From: Tubiluchus corallicola
Taxonomy: Eukaryota; Animalia; Priapulida
Direction: 5' to 3'
DNA: 64,000 nucleotides
Assembly: GCA_030141605.1 (NCBI GenBank)
Contig: JAQGDQ010000274.1
Span: 62,001 to 126,000, forward strand
In this document: piece after piece, positions 1-14,000 of the stretch
Position numbering within the stretch: the first letter of the stretch is position 1
Layout: the number at the start of each line of letters is the position of its first letter
Notes under the pieces: model-generated
Seen by the model: the letters and a program-made list of their open reading frames with translations, nothing else
Told to the model about the DNA's origin: nothing
Databases searched by the model: none
Program-made: the position numbers and the translations under genes

Positions 1-1631
1 TACATCATTTTTTCACTCGTAACCAGGGATGAGAAGTTTCCGCGGATACGCTGAATTCGTTGAGAAAATTTTTACGGACCCAGTACATTATTTCACAAGC
101 TGACCGCTAGTTCGCAGGCCGTCACTTTGTTTACATCACGTACATCAGTGTAGCCACGTGTATATCTCTATGTATAAAAATATAGAATCAATTGTGCGGA
201 GTTATTTGAGTCAATTGCAGACAGTTTTTATATACTTTTGCATAGGAGTGGCCAGTACTTAGCCGTTTTTGAGACAATTAGGTATCGTGTAGCCTTGATA
301 GTTGGGTATTTTAAATTATGCATGAAACCAGGTAACTGATATTTTAAGTCCACTTAGAGGCTCTCTATGGTCACAAAATTGCAATTTGTGGCTGGCTCCC
401 CTTGAACTCCATTGGGGGCCTAGATGGCCCCAAAAACCCCGGCCTGTTTCAGAGTTTTTTTACAATTTGTCATTCTCATCCGTGCTCGTAACATTAACAC
501 AGTTCTTACTTTGCATGAATGAATCAAACACACTGTCAGTTCTTATCATTGTTCCAATACATTATGTATTTTACAGGATAGAGTGTGTTTGTATACTCGT
601 AGTGATACTTTGTTTAATTTTCACCAAAACCTTTAAAGGAAAACCTGACGATTGTGGAGACTTAATGTCATTTTAATTTACTGTCCAAGATATACATTTT
701 CTTGCCTATAAAAGTTAACAACTGTTTCTTATATTTGAATAATTAGCTTGGAAAGTTAATTAACGGCAACCGAACACAGCTATTGCTTACGACAGAAACT
801 AACCACAGTTTGTGCAATGGCAGGCGTCTTCCCTTGCTCGTCTTTGCACGTTTGCATAAGTGTTACTGCTTAAATGCATGATGTCACGAAAATGGGCCGT
901 ACATCATATGACATCAGAAACTAACACAGCAGTTCATGATCATGGTTGTCACGGTACTGTCTTCTATTTGTCAGCCATGCGAATGTGACAAAAAGGTGCC
1001 ACTGCCAATCTTGGTAGATTCACTGAGCCGCACGTAGCTTTGAAAGTTTAATGAAATTTGAGTATCCGAGGTAATTATTATTTAATCTAAGCTATGATTT
1101 AAAAAAGCTATTGTAGCTTTCGACATGCTATTAAAGCTTTAGAGCAATTTTTATTCTGAACTAATGTTTACACAATCGTCCAATTTCCCTTTAAAGAAAC
1201 TGCGTGTCTGCAAATTTCTTTTTATGTAATTTGTTAATTAATTCATTTCTTTTGTTCTCCATTTTTATATGTAAATATACGAGTAGTTTGATTACACAAT
1301 ATTAGTTAATTAGGTTTTGTAATTAGCATTCTTTTTAATGAAATCCATATTTACATTTATAACACTACCGGGAAATTGCGCACAGGTCATGCAATCATGT
1401 GAACAGACTGGAAAATGTGTATGGAAGCTGACTTTTAGTTATTTTATGTGCACGTGGCTTTACTCTAATCCAAATAAACATTACAGCTGTTGCGAAACAC
1501 AAAACTCTAAGCATTTCAAAGTTCTTTCATTCACTTTTATGGCATGTAATGAAAAAATCAATTATTTCTCATTAACCTTGTCTTCATTTTAAGGCACTTA
1601 CTGGAATAACGTTGCCCCCTTTTATCTAGAG

Positions 1632-2162
1632 CATGGGTTCCAAATCTTCAGGTCGTAGCCGCATTTGGGGTCGCCAAAAACACTTTTCGTGTGGTCGCGG
1701 GCTAGTCCAAAAACTATTTTTAAAAAATGCTGTTTTCATCTGATGTATGTAAGTAGATCTTGTTTCCTCAGTCTCTCATTACATCATTTTGTTCTGGAAA
1801 GTAAAACTGGGTTTTCCCACTCTAAATGCGGTGTACGAGTGCTTGATTTTCCAGGAAAATGGCGTTTTTCCATGTTGTACATTTGTGTACAGTGTAGACG
1901 GCCCGAAAGTGTGGCTCTATTCATTTTATCTTGGATATCTATTGCTTGTGCATTACTGGTCAATGAGAAATAGGCGCGACTATCACATTAATGAATTAAT
2001 AAAACAATCACTCGTTGTTTGTTGAAAAGTAAGTTAAAATTAACAAATGGAAACGATAATGATGTTTAATAGTATAACATGTGATTATGTTCTTCTTGGG
2101 GTCGCAACATGATGCAGCATTCTGGAAAGGGGTCGCCATCAACAAAACGTTGGGAACCGTTG
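1632..2162. mobile_element. Degenerate hAT (Charlie-like) MITE
   Basis: Imperfect TIRs CATGGGTTCCAAA ... TTGGGAACCGTTG; internal GGGGTCGC motifs near both ends; flanks atctagag / gggtagaa loosely fit an nnnTAGAn target. Confidence 0.45.
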
Positions 2163-2982
2163 GGGTAGAAGATAATGTAGCTATCTTTTAAGCATGTGTT
2201 TTGTGACTTTGTATCAGCAGTATTGTTTAGTATTTTGTAAAACTGAATTCTCGTGGTGTAGGCCTAATGATTATTTGTGTGCCTGCATAGCAAAATCCTC
2301 CGTAAGTCGGTAATTAAGTTTTCCTAGTTATTCACATATCCTGAATCTCCATTTCATGAGGATCATTTTGATAACAAACTCATTGCCGTATGTTATTTCT
2401 AAGCTGAGATAATCAACGCTGAAGTTGAGGTGCAGGCTGTGCACTGAAAAAAAACATAACCTTGAGAAAATCGCTGTTAAAGTCAGCCATTGTTTTTGTC
2501 GCGTTTTGGTTGCTATGGAATTTGCAAAAACACATTGAAGTTATGTTTAAATCCAGTAGATGGCTCTTCCCGACGCAGACCTGGGCTTATCAGCAAAATG
2601 ACAGCTTCCACGAGCTATTTTCGGAGTTTGAAAATACGAGTTTTTTTACAATTGCAGTACTAGATTCTAGGGTACGTGTTAAAAATTAGATTTTTAGTAT
2701 TCTGTTAGCATTTTTTTCCGATATTTTGATGCTAAAATATAAAAGTCTAATATATTTAGCTTTTGTTTTTATAAAAAACAGAAAAATGACATCTAACCAA
2801 ATTTTTGGTGTATTCTGCTTTGAAGCATCATTACGTAATTTTAACTATGCCGAGTTTAGTACGGTTTTAGTTTGCAAGCATTATTTTATGTAGGGTAATC
2901 AAGCTGTCTGACGCGGCTTTTCCTGGAAACCGTAGAGATGGTTTCAAAACTGCCATATGCAACTCCTTGCCTCACTTCTATA

Positions 2983-3705
2983 CATTGGCGTAGCTAATAA
3001 GGGGAGCAAGTGGTCCCCCCCTCCGAGCGCTTTTTTCAAAATTGGTGCCTTCTAAGCAATTTTTTTCAACTCTTTAGTTCACTTGTGCAATAAACGTTGG
3101 ATATTTTTTATTCTTGTTTTAATTGCATGGCCTTGGAAGAATTTTCTAGAGTCACTTACTTTACTTTTCAAATGAGTGTGCATTGCATAACTCATTTGTC
3201 AAGATTGGCTGGTTTAACCAAGGATCAAATTGTTCCAAACTTAATTATTATAATTTATGTTTAAAATTGAAATGGTTAAAGAACACACGTGTTTTTATTA
3301 CGTTTTGAGATTTATGAGTTTACTGTAAAACTTGTAATTGTGTTTTACTTTCAAATGCATAATAATAATAATAATAATTTTGCACTTTCTTTAAAACTGT
3401 ATCTTCCTCGTCTTTTGATTTTAAACGCAAAATTAAAATGTATAATAAATGCATTAAAAATTGTTTGGTGTGTATCACGGTGTCTTTTTTATGTGCTTGC
3501 CCCCCTAACTTTAGAACCTGGCTACGCCCCTGTCACGGTATCTTTTTATGTGCTTGCCCGCGTAACTTTAGAACCTGGCTACGCCCCTGTCACAGTGTCT
3601 TTTTTATGTGCTTGCCCCCCTAGCTTGAGATCCTGGCTACGCCCCTGTCACGGCGCCTTTTTGTGTGATTACTCCCCCTAACTTTAGAACCTGGCTACGC
3701 CTCTG
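2983..3705 (+). mobile_element. Non-autonomous hAT element with tandemly amplified 3' terminus
   Basis: TIRs CATTGGCGTAGC ... GCTACGCCTCTG; 8-bp TSD cttctata/cctctata (7/8 match); internal sequence homologous to 55388-55990. Confidence 0.75.
3475..3705. repeat. 4 x 57-58 bp tandem repeat made of the hAT 3' end including the TIR
   Basis: Units end with GCTACGCC(C/T)CTG at 3532, 3589, 3647 and 3705. Confidence 0.9.
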
Positions 3706-5678
3706 CCTCTATACAGTTGTTTCCAGTTTCCTTTTAATTTTCCCTAACAGGAACAGACTTGGATTTCCCTCCAGCATCCAGTATGTAACTGCCACCCGAC
3801 AATGCTGGTCGCAACTGCAACAGATACAATGTTGTGCAAGAAAAAGTTGCGCTTTCCATGCAGATCATTGATTGGTTTTATTATGAAACTCGTTGTTCCC
3901 TGTCCTATGTTGCACAAATGTGAATGTTATACTTACAATCCGATTATTAATTATAAAATTACAGTTTATACATTTTTATATACTTTCTGTTTAATAGCCT
4001 GAATGTTTTGGTGGCCAACTAGACCCCTATAGCATTTTGTAAGGCACAACTCAAGGTTTCAGAATTAATGTTTATACATACATAACTTCTGTAAATTTTC
4101 TTGTATTTTATACAGTTTAATAAGGTAGTCTCGTGTGAGCTTACATGACTGTGTATCTCTCAGTTTTCTCCTATAAATATTATAATTTTTATTTAAAATG
4201 TGTTGTACTGGTTTTGTCTAAAGCAGAAAATGTCATTTAGATGAAGCCGTCATCAAATGGCATTTGTGACGGGAACACAAAAAATTTCCTTCATAGCATA
4301 TGGTGTTCTCAGAAATCTTTATTTCTGCATATATAAAAAATGAAAATAATAAATTTGACTGCTTTCACTGCTTACAAATGTATAATGATCTAATTATTAT
4401 AATTTAAGACAATAAAAGTAAATATTACTCACATCGTGCGGCTATAACAACTTAATACATCCTTGGAACGTCATACTGGTTTACAGCAAATCAGGTAGAG
4501 ACGCTACAAATAATTACTTGAAAATTTATCTAAACATTACTTAACATTACTTCTGTAAGAGTGTTTAGTGAGGCTCAACCTAATTTACAACTTCACAGGT
4601 AAAATTTCAGGTAAGTTCACATAGGTGCTGCCAGCTACATGTTAAGGCCAGAAACTGACCTTAACAGCATTAACAAGCCACGGGATTTCCGTTAGGTTTG
4701 TAATCCTCAAAAAACCATTTTTGGTTTTGAGAAAGTCCGATCTGGAGAGTCATGAACAGGGGCGTATTACCCAATAAGCAAACTTGGCTATAGCAAACTT
4801 ATAAGCAAACTTATAGGCTAGGGGCGTCACATTATAGAAAAAATCTTATTCTCGGAAAGTATGTATACTTTCATATTTCTGTAAAGGGCACATTTAATAA
4901 CACACCACAGGCAATTATTGGGCGAGGCATCTATATAAGTGCCACATAACAAACAGCTGCAAGGTATTACAACACAAACAGTTGTGCAGCCTACTTGAAT
5001 ATAAACGAATATCTGCTCTCTCTCCCAATCAGTTTCTCTCTCTCTCTCTCAAAGTTTTAAAAAACCGTCAATTTCATAGTTTTGTAAAAATTCACTAGCA
5101 GAAAAATAAAATTTTCATTCCAACTTTTGTAGACATGTATATTCGTAATTTTTAATATCGTAAACAATGGTACAGTATTATGATAATTTTAGTGAAAAGC
5201 CGTTAGTTACTAGAAAATACAATATAGAACATACACAAAATACAACAATTTCCAGATTATTGCTGAATAAAACATACAGCTGTCTATTTTATAATTTCAC
5301 ACAGTTTCATTTCATGTGTAGCATTCTTTTAAAAACTGGATTTAGGCTAAATATTTTGACCCCTAGATAATAATTTTATCAGATTCATCAAATTTGCTTT
5401 TCGAGTTTAACTTCCAACCACCGACAAAGTTGTAAGCCATCCAGCGTAAATACCCGCTCTCGTTGTTCTAAGCTCTAGACACGCTTTTACCATTAGGCAT
5501 AGCTGGGACACTACACTGACTTGGCCTTGACCATCGACTGCTTGTTTAGTACATGTACAGCTAGCTTTTGCAATTACACTGTATTCTATCTGTAGAACGG
5601 AGGGCATAGAGTGTAAAGAAAGAGTGCCTCTCCATGTCACAGCATCAATTTAACCTGAACGTAGTTTGATTGGTAAAT

Positions 5679-7475
5679 ATGTGGGTGTCAAAAATCATCG
5701 CCGCCCTAGTAGCTGTTGCTGCCGTGGTTCATTTTAGACGCCGCGACGATTACGTCATTACAGATGAGCCAGATGAGGAATATGACTATGTTATAGTTGG
5801 AGCAGGCAGTGCTGGGTGTGTGCTAGCCAACAGACTATCCGAAGATCCGCTTGTGAAAGTTCTGCTGCTTGAAGCTGGTGGTAAAGACACGGATAATCCT
5901 GATGTCGATGTTCCTGTGTCCAACGGTTTTCTGAGAATGAGCGATCAGGATTGGAAGTACAGAACCGTCCCGCAGAAAAACAGTTGTCGAGCTTCGCCAA
6001 ACAATCGGTGCTTTTGGCCAAGAGGGAAGATGCTGGGCGGATCCAGCAGCATTAACGGGATGTTTTACAACAGAGGGAACAAGGCAGACTTTGACCTGTG
6101 GGAGGCAATGGGAGCAAAAGGGTGGAACTACCAGGATGTTCTTCCGTATTTCAAAAAATCGGAGTGTAATCAAAATCCTCAATACGTTATGTCAGGTTAC
6201 CATGGAGCTGATGGACCATGGCCGATAACTGATGGCCTTTACTCTCCTCTATCAGACATATTTACCTCAGCAGCCAAAGAGCTTGGTGTCCAGGAAGGTG
6301 ACTGCAACGGAGAGAATCAATACACCGTAATGAAACCTCAGGCAAATATTAAAGACGGAACTAGATGGAGTACGTCCAAAGCTTATCTTAAATCAGCTGT
6401 TCACCGTAGCAATCTACATGTGGCAATTAAGGCGCGGGTTGTTAAAGTCTCATTTGTGAAGAAAAGAGCCGTAGGTGTCATTTTTGTTCACGATGCAGAA
6501 AGGAAATTTGTCAGGGCAAGGAGAGAAGTTATTCTTTCGGCTGGTTCTATTGGTTCCCCACAGATTCTCATGCTGTCTGGTGTTGGTCCAAAAAAGCACT
6601 TGGAGGAAATAGGAATTAATCCTATAGCAGATCTGCCGGTTGGTGAGCATTTGCAAGATCACATGGGGGTGTTTTCAGACTTCTCCGTAAATGCTTCGAT
6701 TACTCACATTAAATCAACGGTGGAGAGCTGGTCAGAATGGCTGAAGTATGAGCTGTTTGGGAACGGAGTGAAGGGATCCAATTTTGCCGAAGGGTTGACT
6801 TTCTTAAAAACCAACCATTCTGATCCGGCATTACCGTTTCCAGATGTTGAGTTAGTGCCGTTATCGTTCGGATTTGGCTCTAATGGCGTTGAATTAGCCC
6901 ACAGGCTCACAGGATTTACAAAAGAGTTCATAAAAGATTACGGGTACTCTGATGATGTGAATGAACATATATTTGTCTTTGCCATTTTTCTTCTCCATCC
7001 ATACAGTGTTGGAACGATACGGTTACAATCGCCAGACCCTTTCGATTGTCCACTAATCGATCCGAATTACTACGATGACGAAAGAGACGTCAGGATGATG
7101 GCCGACGGAATAAAGTTTGTCCTCGAGCTGTTGGAAACAGAACCATTTAGGAACATCGATGCACGTTTACGACACCCGATAGTTCCGGGATGTGAAGCGT
7201 TGACAGGATACCAGTTCTGGAGTTGCTACATCCGTACATTAACTTCCACAATCTATCATCCGTCCGGAACGTGTAAGATGGGAGCAGTAGATGATGAAAC
7301 TGCTGTAGTGGATCCAGAGTTAAGAGTAAGAGGACTCGAGGCAATAAGAGTTATTGATGCATCTGTTATGCCGGAAACACTTTCGGCGAATATTCAAGCT
7401 GGCACTGTCATGATTGCCGAGAAAGGTGCAGATCTCTTAAAGGAAGCTGCCCAGTCGACCAAGAGAAAACATTGA
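5679..7475 (+). CDS. GMC oxidoreductase (glucose dehydrogenase [FAD,quinone]/choline dehydrogenase-like), 598 aa, single coding exon, N-terminal signal/anchor
   Basis: ATG at 5679. Hydrophobic N-terminus [19 protein letters not shown]; FAD Rossmann motif [12 protein letters not shown]; [16 protein letters not shown]; [22 protein letters not shown]; catalytic region [12 protein letters not shown]; [18 protein letters not shown]...SAN. No stops or frameshifts. Confidence 0.95.
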   Translation: MWVSKIIAALVAVAAVVHFRRRDDYVITDEPDEEYDYVIVGAGSAGCVLANRLSEDPLVKVLLLEAGGKDTDNPDVDVPVSNGFLRMSDQDWKYRTVPQKNSCRASPNNRCFWPRGKMLGGSSSINGMFYNRGNKADFDLWEAMGAKGWNYQDVLPYFKKSECNQNPQYVMSGYHGADGPWPITDGLYSPLSDIFTSAAKELGVQEGDCNGENQYTVMKPQANIKDGTRWSTSKAYLKSAVHRSNLHVAIKARVVKVSFVKKRAVGVIFVHDAERKFVRARREVILSAGSIGSPQILMLSGVGPKKHLEEIGINPIADLPVGEHLQDHMGVFSDFSVNASITHIKSTVESWSEWLKYELFGNGVKGSNFAEGLTFLKTNHSDPALPFPDVELVPLSFGFGSNGVELAHRLTGFTKEFIKDYGYSDDVNEHIFVFAIFLLHPYSVGTIRLQSPDPFDCPLIDPNYYDDERDVRMMADGIKFVLELLETEPFRNIDARLRHPIVPGCEALTGYQFWSCYIRTLTSTIYHPSGTCKMGAVDDETAVVDPELRVRGLEAIRVIDASVMPETLSANIQAGTVMIAEKGADLLKEAAQSTKRKH

Positions 7476-7740
7476 CGTCAGTTACTATCACTTGCTGTCT
7501 TTGAGTTTGTGATTCTAGGGATGCCGAATAGGCTTTGTTAATTTGTCATACAAAATTTGTGTGATCACTCCCAATTGTGCACAGAAATATTAAACTTTCA
7601 GATTTGGCAACGTCCATCAGGTGATGGTGTTGTCCACTTTTAGTTGTAATATCTTACATATTGTTTACTTCTACAAACGTCTGTCTTACCTTTGTAATGT
7701 CTGTGATCATCCAGTATCGTAGACACACGTGAATAATGAA

Positions 7741-7746
7741 AATAAA
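7741..7746 (+). terminator. Probable polyadenylation signal of the GMC gene
   Basis: AATAAA about 265 nt after the stop codon, followed by T/GT-rich sequence. Confidence 0.5.
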
Positions 7747-8229
7747 TACGTCTTGCGTGAGCTATGTGACTATTAGTTAAACTTTTCGTTTTGCAATCTT
7801 TTATGTTCAGCAGTGTCTCATTGGTAACCCGTGTTAATTACTGTTAATTACTTGCGTTAATGACACAATTACTGTCGCTGATGTTTTTTTTTTATTACCC
7901 ACCTTCTACTGAAGCCAGTGACATCGATTTTTTCCATGCCGGACTTCGTTTGAATAAATAACGTTAAATCATCTTAAAGGTCACAAAAAGGTCATCTTAG
8001 AGGTCACAGTTCGAGCTCAAAGTTGCTGTCATATGTGTTTTCTAAATATTGGCTCACTAGGGATCAATATGGATGAGAAATGGTCTTTCCCTATTTATGT
8101 TTAATTAAATGGCTTTTGGGGGCGTAGTTAAGCCCCCCCTAACTCCTTAACTTTCAGGCCCGAGGTCGGCAGCAATCTGGTTCTGAGAAGTAGCATATTT
8201 GAGCTACTAAATAAGCATGTCAAGTATGA

Positions 8230-8920
8230 TTAAAGCACAAGAAAACCCTTCATAAACATCAAACTTGAAAAATTCGTTTTGAAATTCTATACCACTTACA
8301 TACTGCCTTTTGCATACAGGACTTCAATCGGCAGTAACGCTGTATAAAACATATAAATTTAAACTTCCGCGACGACCGTTAGACGCAGCCAATTTGATGA
8401 TAAGTCATTTGAAACAAGTTTAGACAACATTATGTGAAGTTTGAAAAAATAATCAGAGCTTTCGTAGCGCACAAGTCACAACCTAACTAAAATTTAAAAT
8501 TACTGCATCTTGTCAATAAGATTAAAAATACGTTTTTTTGGTTAGTGAGTGGTGCACCATGCAGGGTGAGTCAGCGACATTTTACCAATTGGTGAAAACA
8601 TTTTAAATAATTAATAATTTTCTTTCTAGTTACATAAATCTCTCTAGCAGGTAAGCGAAAATCTAAGTAATATAGATTTGCACGGAAAATCTTTTGAGAT
8701 ATAATTTAACATTTCCCTTTCTTCCCTTGATTTACATTTGGTACATGACGTCATATAGTGGTGACTTCGGAACAGTATTGCGGAAGATTTAAAATGAAAA
8801 CAAACAAAAATTCCTTTTAGTGCGAGTAAGATATACGCATAAAATTGCTATAAAGTAATATAATTTTTTAAGGCGATTTTTCTGAAACCTACTTCAGGCA
8901 CCCCTTTTCTTGTCCGTTAA
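8230..8920 (-). mobile_element. Kolobok/T2-like MITE, family K1
   Basis: TTAA-AGCACAAGAAAACCC ... CCCCTTTTCTTGTCCG-TTAA; homologous to 19641-20286, 39393-39740 and 63368-63833. Confidence 0.75.
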
Positions 8921-9900
8921 ATGACTGAACTCCTGGACTATCAAGAAGAACTTCTTTCTACGTAACACCCATTGGTAGGAAAATGAGACAAACACAACCT
9001 GAGTAGCATTATACTATTTTTATACAGTTTATTACATTTCAAATGATCCTTTCTTTCAATTCTCTTCAGTGACTCCAATGAAAATTCCAGAATAAATCAA
9101 TACGAATAGTTATCTATACTCTTATATTAATATTCTTGGTATATATATTTATATATATATATAAGATTCGAGGCTACAGCCCGGATGAGGGCACCATTTG
9201 CAGCGATCTATACATCAAACGAAAGGTCTCGATCTAGTGTCGTGCCATTGATGGTTTATTTTTCGAATCGGGCCCACCGGGAGGAGGGGGGGGCGAAAAA
9301 CCTCCAAAAATGGCCCTTTTTCGGCCGTTTTTTGCAAAAGTTATACGGCTGAGATGTAGAGAACGGGAACGGGCCGAGGGTGGTGCTGGGTATGGATAGA
9401 TAGCCCGTTCAGCGGTGGGTGTAGTAGGCATATTTAGAATTCCCGAGAGGGCCACGGCGTCCCGCAACGGGCGTTTTCCCGGACCCAACTCGCGATTTTT
9501 TCGAAATTTTGACCAAACAGCCTGCGGGAAAAACGTTCTAGCGGCGGAGATTTATAGCTCTTTACAAAGAGGCAGGACAGGGCTACACGATGATGTGGGC
9601 TATATTTTAGGGCAGGTCCACCGAGAGGAGTATCAACGAGTTAGTTAGGAGTTCTATTTTCGGCAATTTTTTGCTTAGAAAACTGCTGACGCAAAGGCAT
9701 TGTTGTGACGTCATCCATTGTACTCTGTCTATAATCTTATAACTTTAATTCAGCAAAAAGCTACAGGCTTTGCGTTAGTTAAACAAACAGTAGACACGAT
9801 GTTACGGGCTTTGTGTTATAAATGTGGACTAGGTAGGATGTTCGCGTATTATTGATTACACGTGTATTTATACGCAAAATCTTTTGCGGGGCCTTTGCTA

Positions 9901-11080
9901 TTTATTATATTATAGCACATAGTTTCAACTTTGTGAAAAATGTTTGGAATGGTTTTGTTGTAATGCTGTGCTGTTGGTGCTTGTGCTATAGGTGTTGTCA
10001 TCGTTGCCACCATCATCATCATCATCAACATCATGATCACCACGTGAGGTGGTGGATTTGATGTGGTGTGGTGGTGGTGTGCTTTGTGTGTTGTGCTATG
10101 GATGGTGTGGTGGGGTGATAGGGTGTGTGGGGTGTGGTGTGGGTAGTGTGGTATTGAGTGGGTGGCGTGGTGTGTGGGTGGGTAGGTGTTGTGGTGCAGT
10201 GTGGTGTTATGGTGTGGTGCAGTGCGGTGTGATGTGGTGGAGTATTATGGTGTGGGTGGTGTGGTGTGGTGCAGTGGTATGGTGTGGTGTGGTGCAGTGG
10301 TATGGTGTGGTGCAGTGTGGTGTGATGTGGTGGAGTCGTATGGTGTGGTTGGTGTGGTGTGGTATGTGGGTCGTGCGGTGTGCTGCAGTGGTATGTTGTG
10401 GTGCGGTGTGGTGTGATGTGGTGGAGTGGTATGGTGTGGGTGGTGTGGTGTGTAGGTGGGTGGGTGGTGTGGTGCAGTGTGGTGTTATGGTGTGGTGCTG
10501 TGCGGTGTGATGTGGTGGAGTATTATGTGGTGTGGTGTGGTGCAGTGGTATGGTGTGGTGCAGTGTGGTGTGATGTGGTGGAGTCGTATGGTGTGGGTGG
10601 TGTGGTGTGGTGTGTGGGTGGTGCGGTGTGCTGCAGCGGTATGGTGTGGTGCGGTGTGGTGTGTAGGTGGGTGGGTGGTGTGGTGCTGTGTGGTGTTATG
10701 GTGTGGTGCTGTGCGGTGTGGTGCAGTGTGGTGTTATGGTGTGGTGCTGTGCGGTGTGATGTGGTGGAGTATTATGGTGTGGGTGGTGCAGTGGTATGGT
10801 GTGGTGCAGTGTGGTGGAGTGGTATGGTGTGGGTGGTGTGGTGTATAGGTGGTATGGTGTGGTGCGGTGTGGTGTGATGTGGTGGAGTGGTATGGTGTGG
10901 GTGGTGTGGTGTGTAGGTGGGTGGGTGGTGTGGTGCAGTGTGGTGTTATGGTGTGGTGCTGTGCGGTGTGATGTGGTGGAGTGGTATGGTGTGGTGCAGT
11001 GTGGTGTGATGAGGTGGAGTGGTGTGGTGTGGGTTTTGTGTTGATTTGTACACAAAATTCTTTTTGTGGGGTTTGGCTAG
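9901..11080 (+). mobile_element. Second Helitron-like family (B) carrying an internal (GGTGT)n-type tract
   Basis: Starts TTTATTATATTATAG (resembles the A head TCTATTATATT); ends with hairpin CACAAAA-TTCT-TTTTGTG followed by GGGTTTGGCTAG. Confidence 0.65.
10045..11035. repeat. Degenerate (GGTGT)n low-complexity tract
   Basis: About 1 kb of almost pure G/T pentamer variants with higher-order repeated blocks. Confidence 0.95.
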
Positions 11081-14000
11081 TTCTCTTATATTAATATTCT
11101 TGGTATATATATATAAGATTCGAGGCTATAGCTCCGACGAGAGCACCATTTGCGGCGATCTATATATCAAACGAAAGGTCTCGATCTAGTGTCGTGCCAT
11201 TGATGGTTTATTTTTCGAATCGGGCCCACCGGGAGGAGGGGGGGCGAAAAACCTCCAAAAATGGCCCTTTTTCGGCCGTTTTTTGCAAAAGTTATACGGC
11301 TGAGATGTAGAGAACGGGAACGGGCCGAGGGGGGTGCTGGGTATGGATAGATAGCCCGTTCAGCGGTGGGTGTAGTAGGCATATTTAGAATTCCCGAGAG
11401 GGCCACGGCGCCCCGCAACGGGCGTTTTCCCGGACCCAACTCGCGATTTTTTCGAAATTTTGACCAAACAGCATGCGGGAAAAACGTTCTAGCGTCGCCC
11501 GGTGGGACTCTAGGAAGGAGATATGGGGCTCTTTACAAAGAGGAAGGACAGGGCTACACGATGATGTGGGTTATATGTTACGCCAGGTCCACCGAGAGGA
11601 GTATCGACGAGTTAATTAGGTGTTTTATTTTCGGCGATTTTCGCTTAGAAAACTGTGAAAATTCTCGCTTAGAAAACTGCGACGCATTCCATTGTGCTGA
11701 CGTCATCCATTGTACTCTGTCTATAAGTTTAATTCAGCAAAAAGCTGCTTTGCAACATACAGTAGGCAGGAGTAAACGCTGCTGGCTTTGCGTTAGGTAA
11801 GTAGGCAGGATGTTAAGGGGCTTTGTGTTATAAATGAGGACTTGGTAGGACGTTTGCGTAATATTGATTACACGTGTATTTATACGCAAAATCTTTTGCG
11901 GGGCCTTTGCTTATATTAATATTCTTGGTATCTTAATATATTTATTTATATATAAGATTCGAGGCTACAGCCCGGACGAGGGCACCATTTGCGGCGATCT
12001 ATATATCAAACGAAAGGTCTCGATCTAGTGTCGTGCCATTGATGGTTTATTTTTCGAATCGGGCCCACCGGGAGGAACGGGGGGCGAAAAACCTCCAAAA
12101 ATGGCCATTTTTCGGCCGTTTTTTGCAAAAGTTATACGGCTGAGATGTAGAGAACGGGAACGGGCCGAGGGTGGTGCTGGGTATGGATAGATAGCCCGTT
12201 CAGCGGTGGGTGTAGTAGGCATATTTAGAATTCGCGAGAGGGCCACGGCGTCCCGTAACGGGCGTTTTCCCGGACCCAACTCGCGATTTTTTCGAAATTT
12301 TGACCAAACAGCCTGCGGGAAAAACGTTCTAGCGGCGCCTGGTGGGACTCTCGGAAGGAGATATATAGCTCTTTACAAAGAGGAAGGACAGGGCTACACG
12401 ATGATGTGGGTTATATTTTAGGGCAGGTCCACCGAGAGGAGTATTGGCGAGTTAATTAGGAGTTCTATTTTCGGCAATTTTCACTTAGAAAACTGCTGAC
12501 GCAAAGGCATTGTTGTGACTTCATCCATTGTACTCTACTCTGCTTATAACTTTAATTCAGCAAAAAGCTACAGGCTTTGCGTTAGTTAAACAGACAGTAG
12601 GCATGATGTTACGGGCTTTGCGTTATACATGAGGACTGTGTAGGATGTTCGCGTATTATTGATTACAAGTGGTTTTTTACGCAAAATCTTTTGCGGGGCT
12701 TTTGCTAGTCTCTTATATTAATATTCTTGGTATATATATATATATATATCTTTATATTAATATTCTTGGATAATATATTTATTTATATATAAGATTCGAG
12801 GCTACAGCCCGGACGAGGGCACCATTTGCGGCGATCTATATATCAAACGAAAGGTCTCGATCTAGTGTCGTCTCATTGGGGGTTTATTTTTCGAATGGGG
12901 CCCACCGCGAGGAAGGGGGGGCGAAAAACCTCCAAAAATGGCCATTTTTCGGCCGTTTTTTGCAAAAGTTATACGGCTGAGATGTAGAGAACGGGAATGG
13001 GTCGAGGGGGTACTGGGTATGGATAGATAGCCCGTTCAGCGATGGGTGTAGTAGGCATATTTAGAATTCGCGAGAGGGCCACGGGGTCCCGCAACGGGCG
13101 TTTTCCCGGACCCAACTCGCGATTTTTTCGAAATTTTAGCCAAACAGCCTGCGGAAAAAACGTTCTAGCGTCGCCCGGTGGGACTCTCGGAAGAAGATAT
13201 GGGGCTCATCAGAAAGAGGAAGAACGGGGCTACACGATGGTGTGAGCTATATTTAGGGCAGGTCCACCGAGAGGAGTATCAACGAGTTAATTATAGGTTC
13301 CATTTTCGGCAATTTTCGCTTAGAAAACTGTTGACGCAAAGCTATTGTTGTGACGTCATCCATTGTACTCTACTCTGCTTATAACTTTAATTCAGCAAAA
13401 AGCTACAGGCTTTGCGTTAGTTAAACAAACAGTAGGCATGATGTTACGGGCTTTGCGTTATACATGAGGACTAGGTAGGATGTTCGCGTGTTATTGATTA
13501 CACGCGGTTTTTTACGCAAAATCTTTTGCGGGGCCTTTGCTAGTTCTATTATATTAATATTCTTGGTATGGGCTTAATATATAAGATTCGAGGCTACAGC
13601 CCGGACGAGGGCACCATTTGCGGCGATCTATATATCAAACGAAAGGTCTCGATCTAGTGTCGTCTCATTGATGGTTTATTTTTCGAATCGGGCCCACCGG
13701 GAGGAACGGGCGGCGAAAAACCTCCAAAAATGGCCATTTTTCGGCCGTTTTTTGCAAAAGTTATACGGCTGAGATGTAGAGAACGGGAACGGGCCGAGGG
13801 TGGTGCTGGCTATGGATAGATAGCCCGTTCAGTGGTGGGTGTCATAGGCCTATTTAGAATTCGCGAGAGGGCCACGGCGTCCCGTAACGGGCATTTTCCC
13901 AGACCCAGCTCGCGATTTTTTCGAAATTTTGACCAAACAGCCTGCAGAAAAAACGTTCTAGCGGCGCCTGGTGGGACTCTCGGAAGGAGATATATAGCTC

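Noticed and set aside
10049-11055. Cys/Trp/Val-rich ORFs
   Set aside because: Translations of the GGTGT-type simple repeat.
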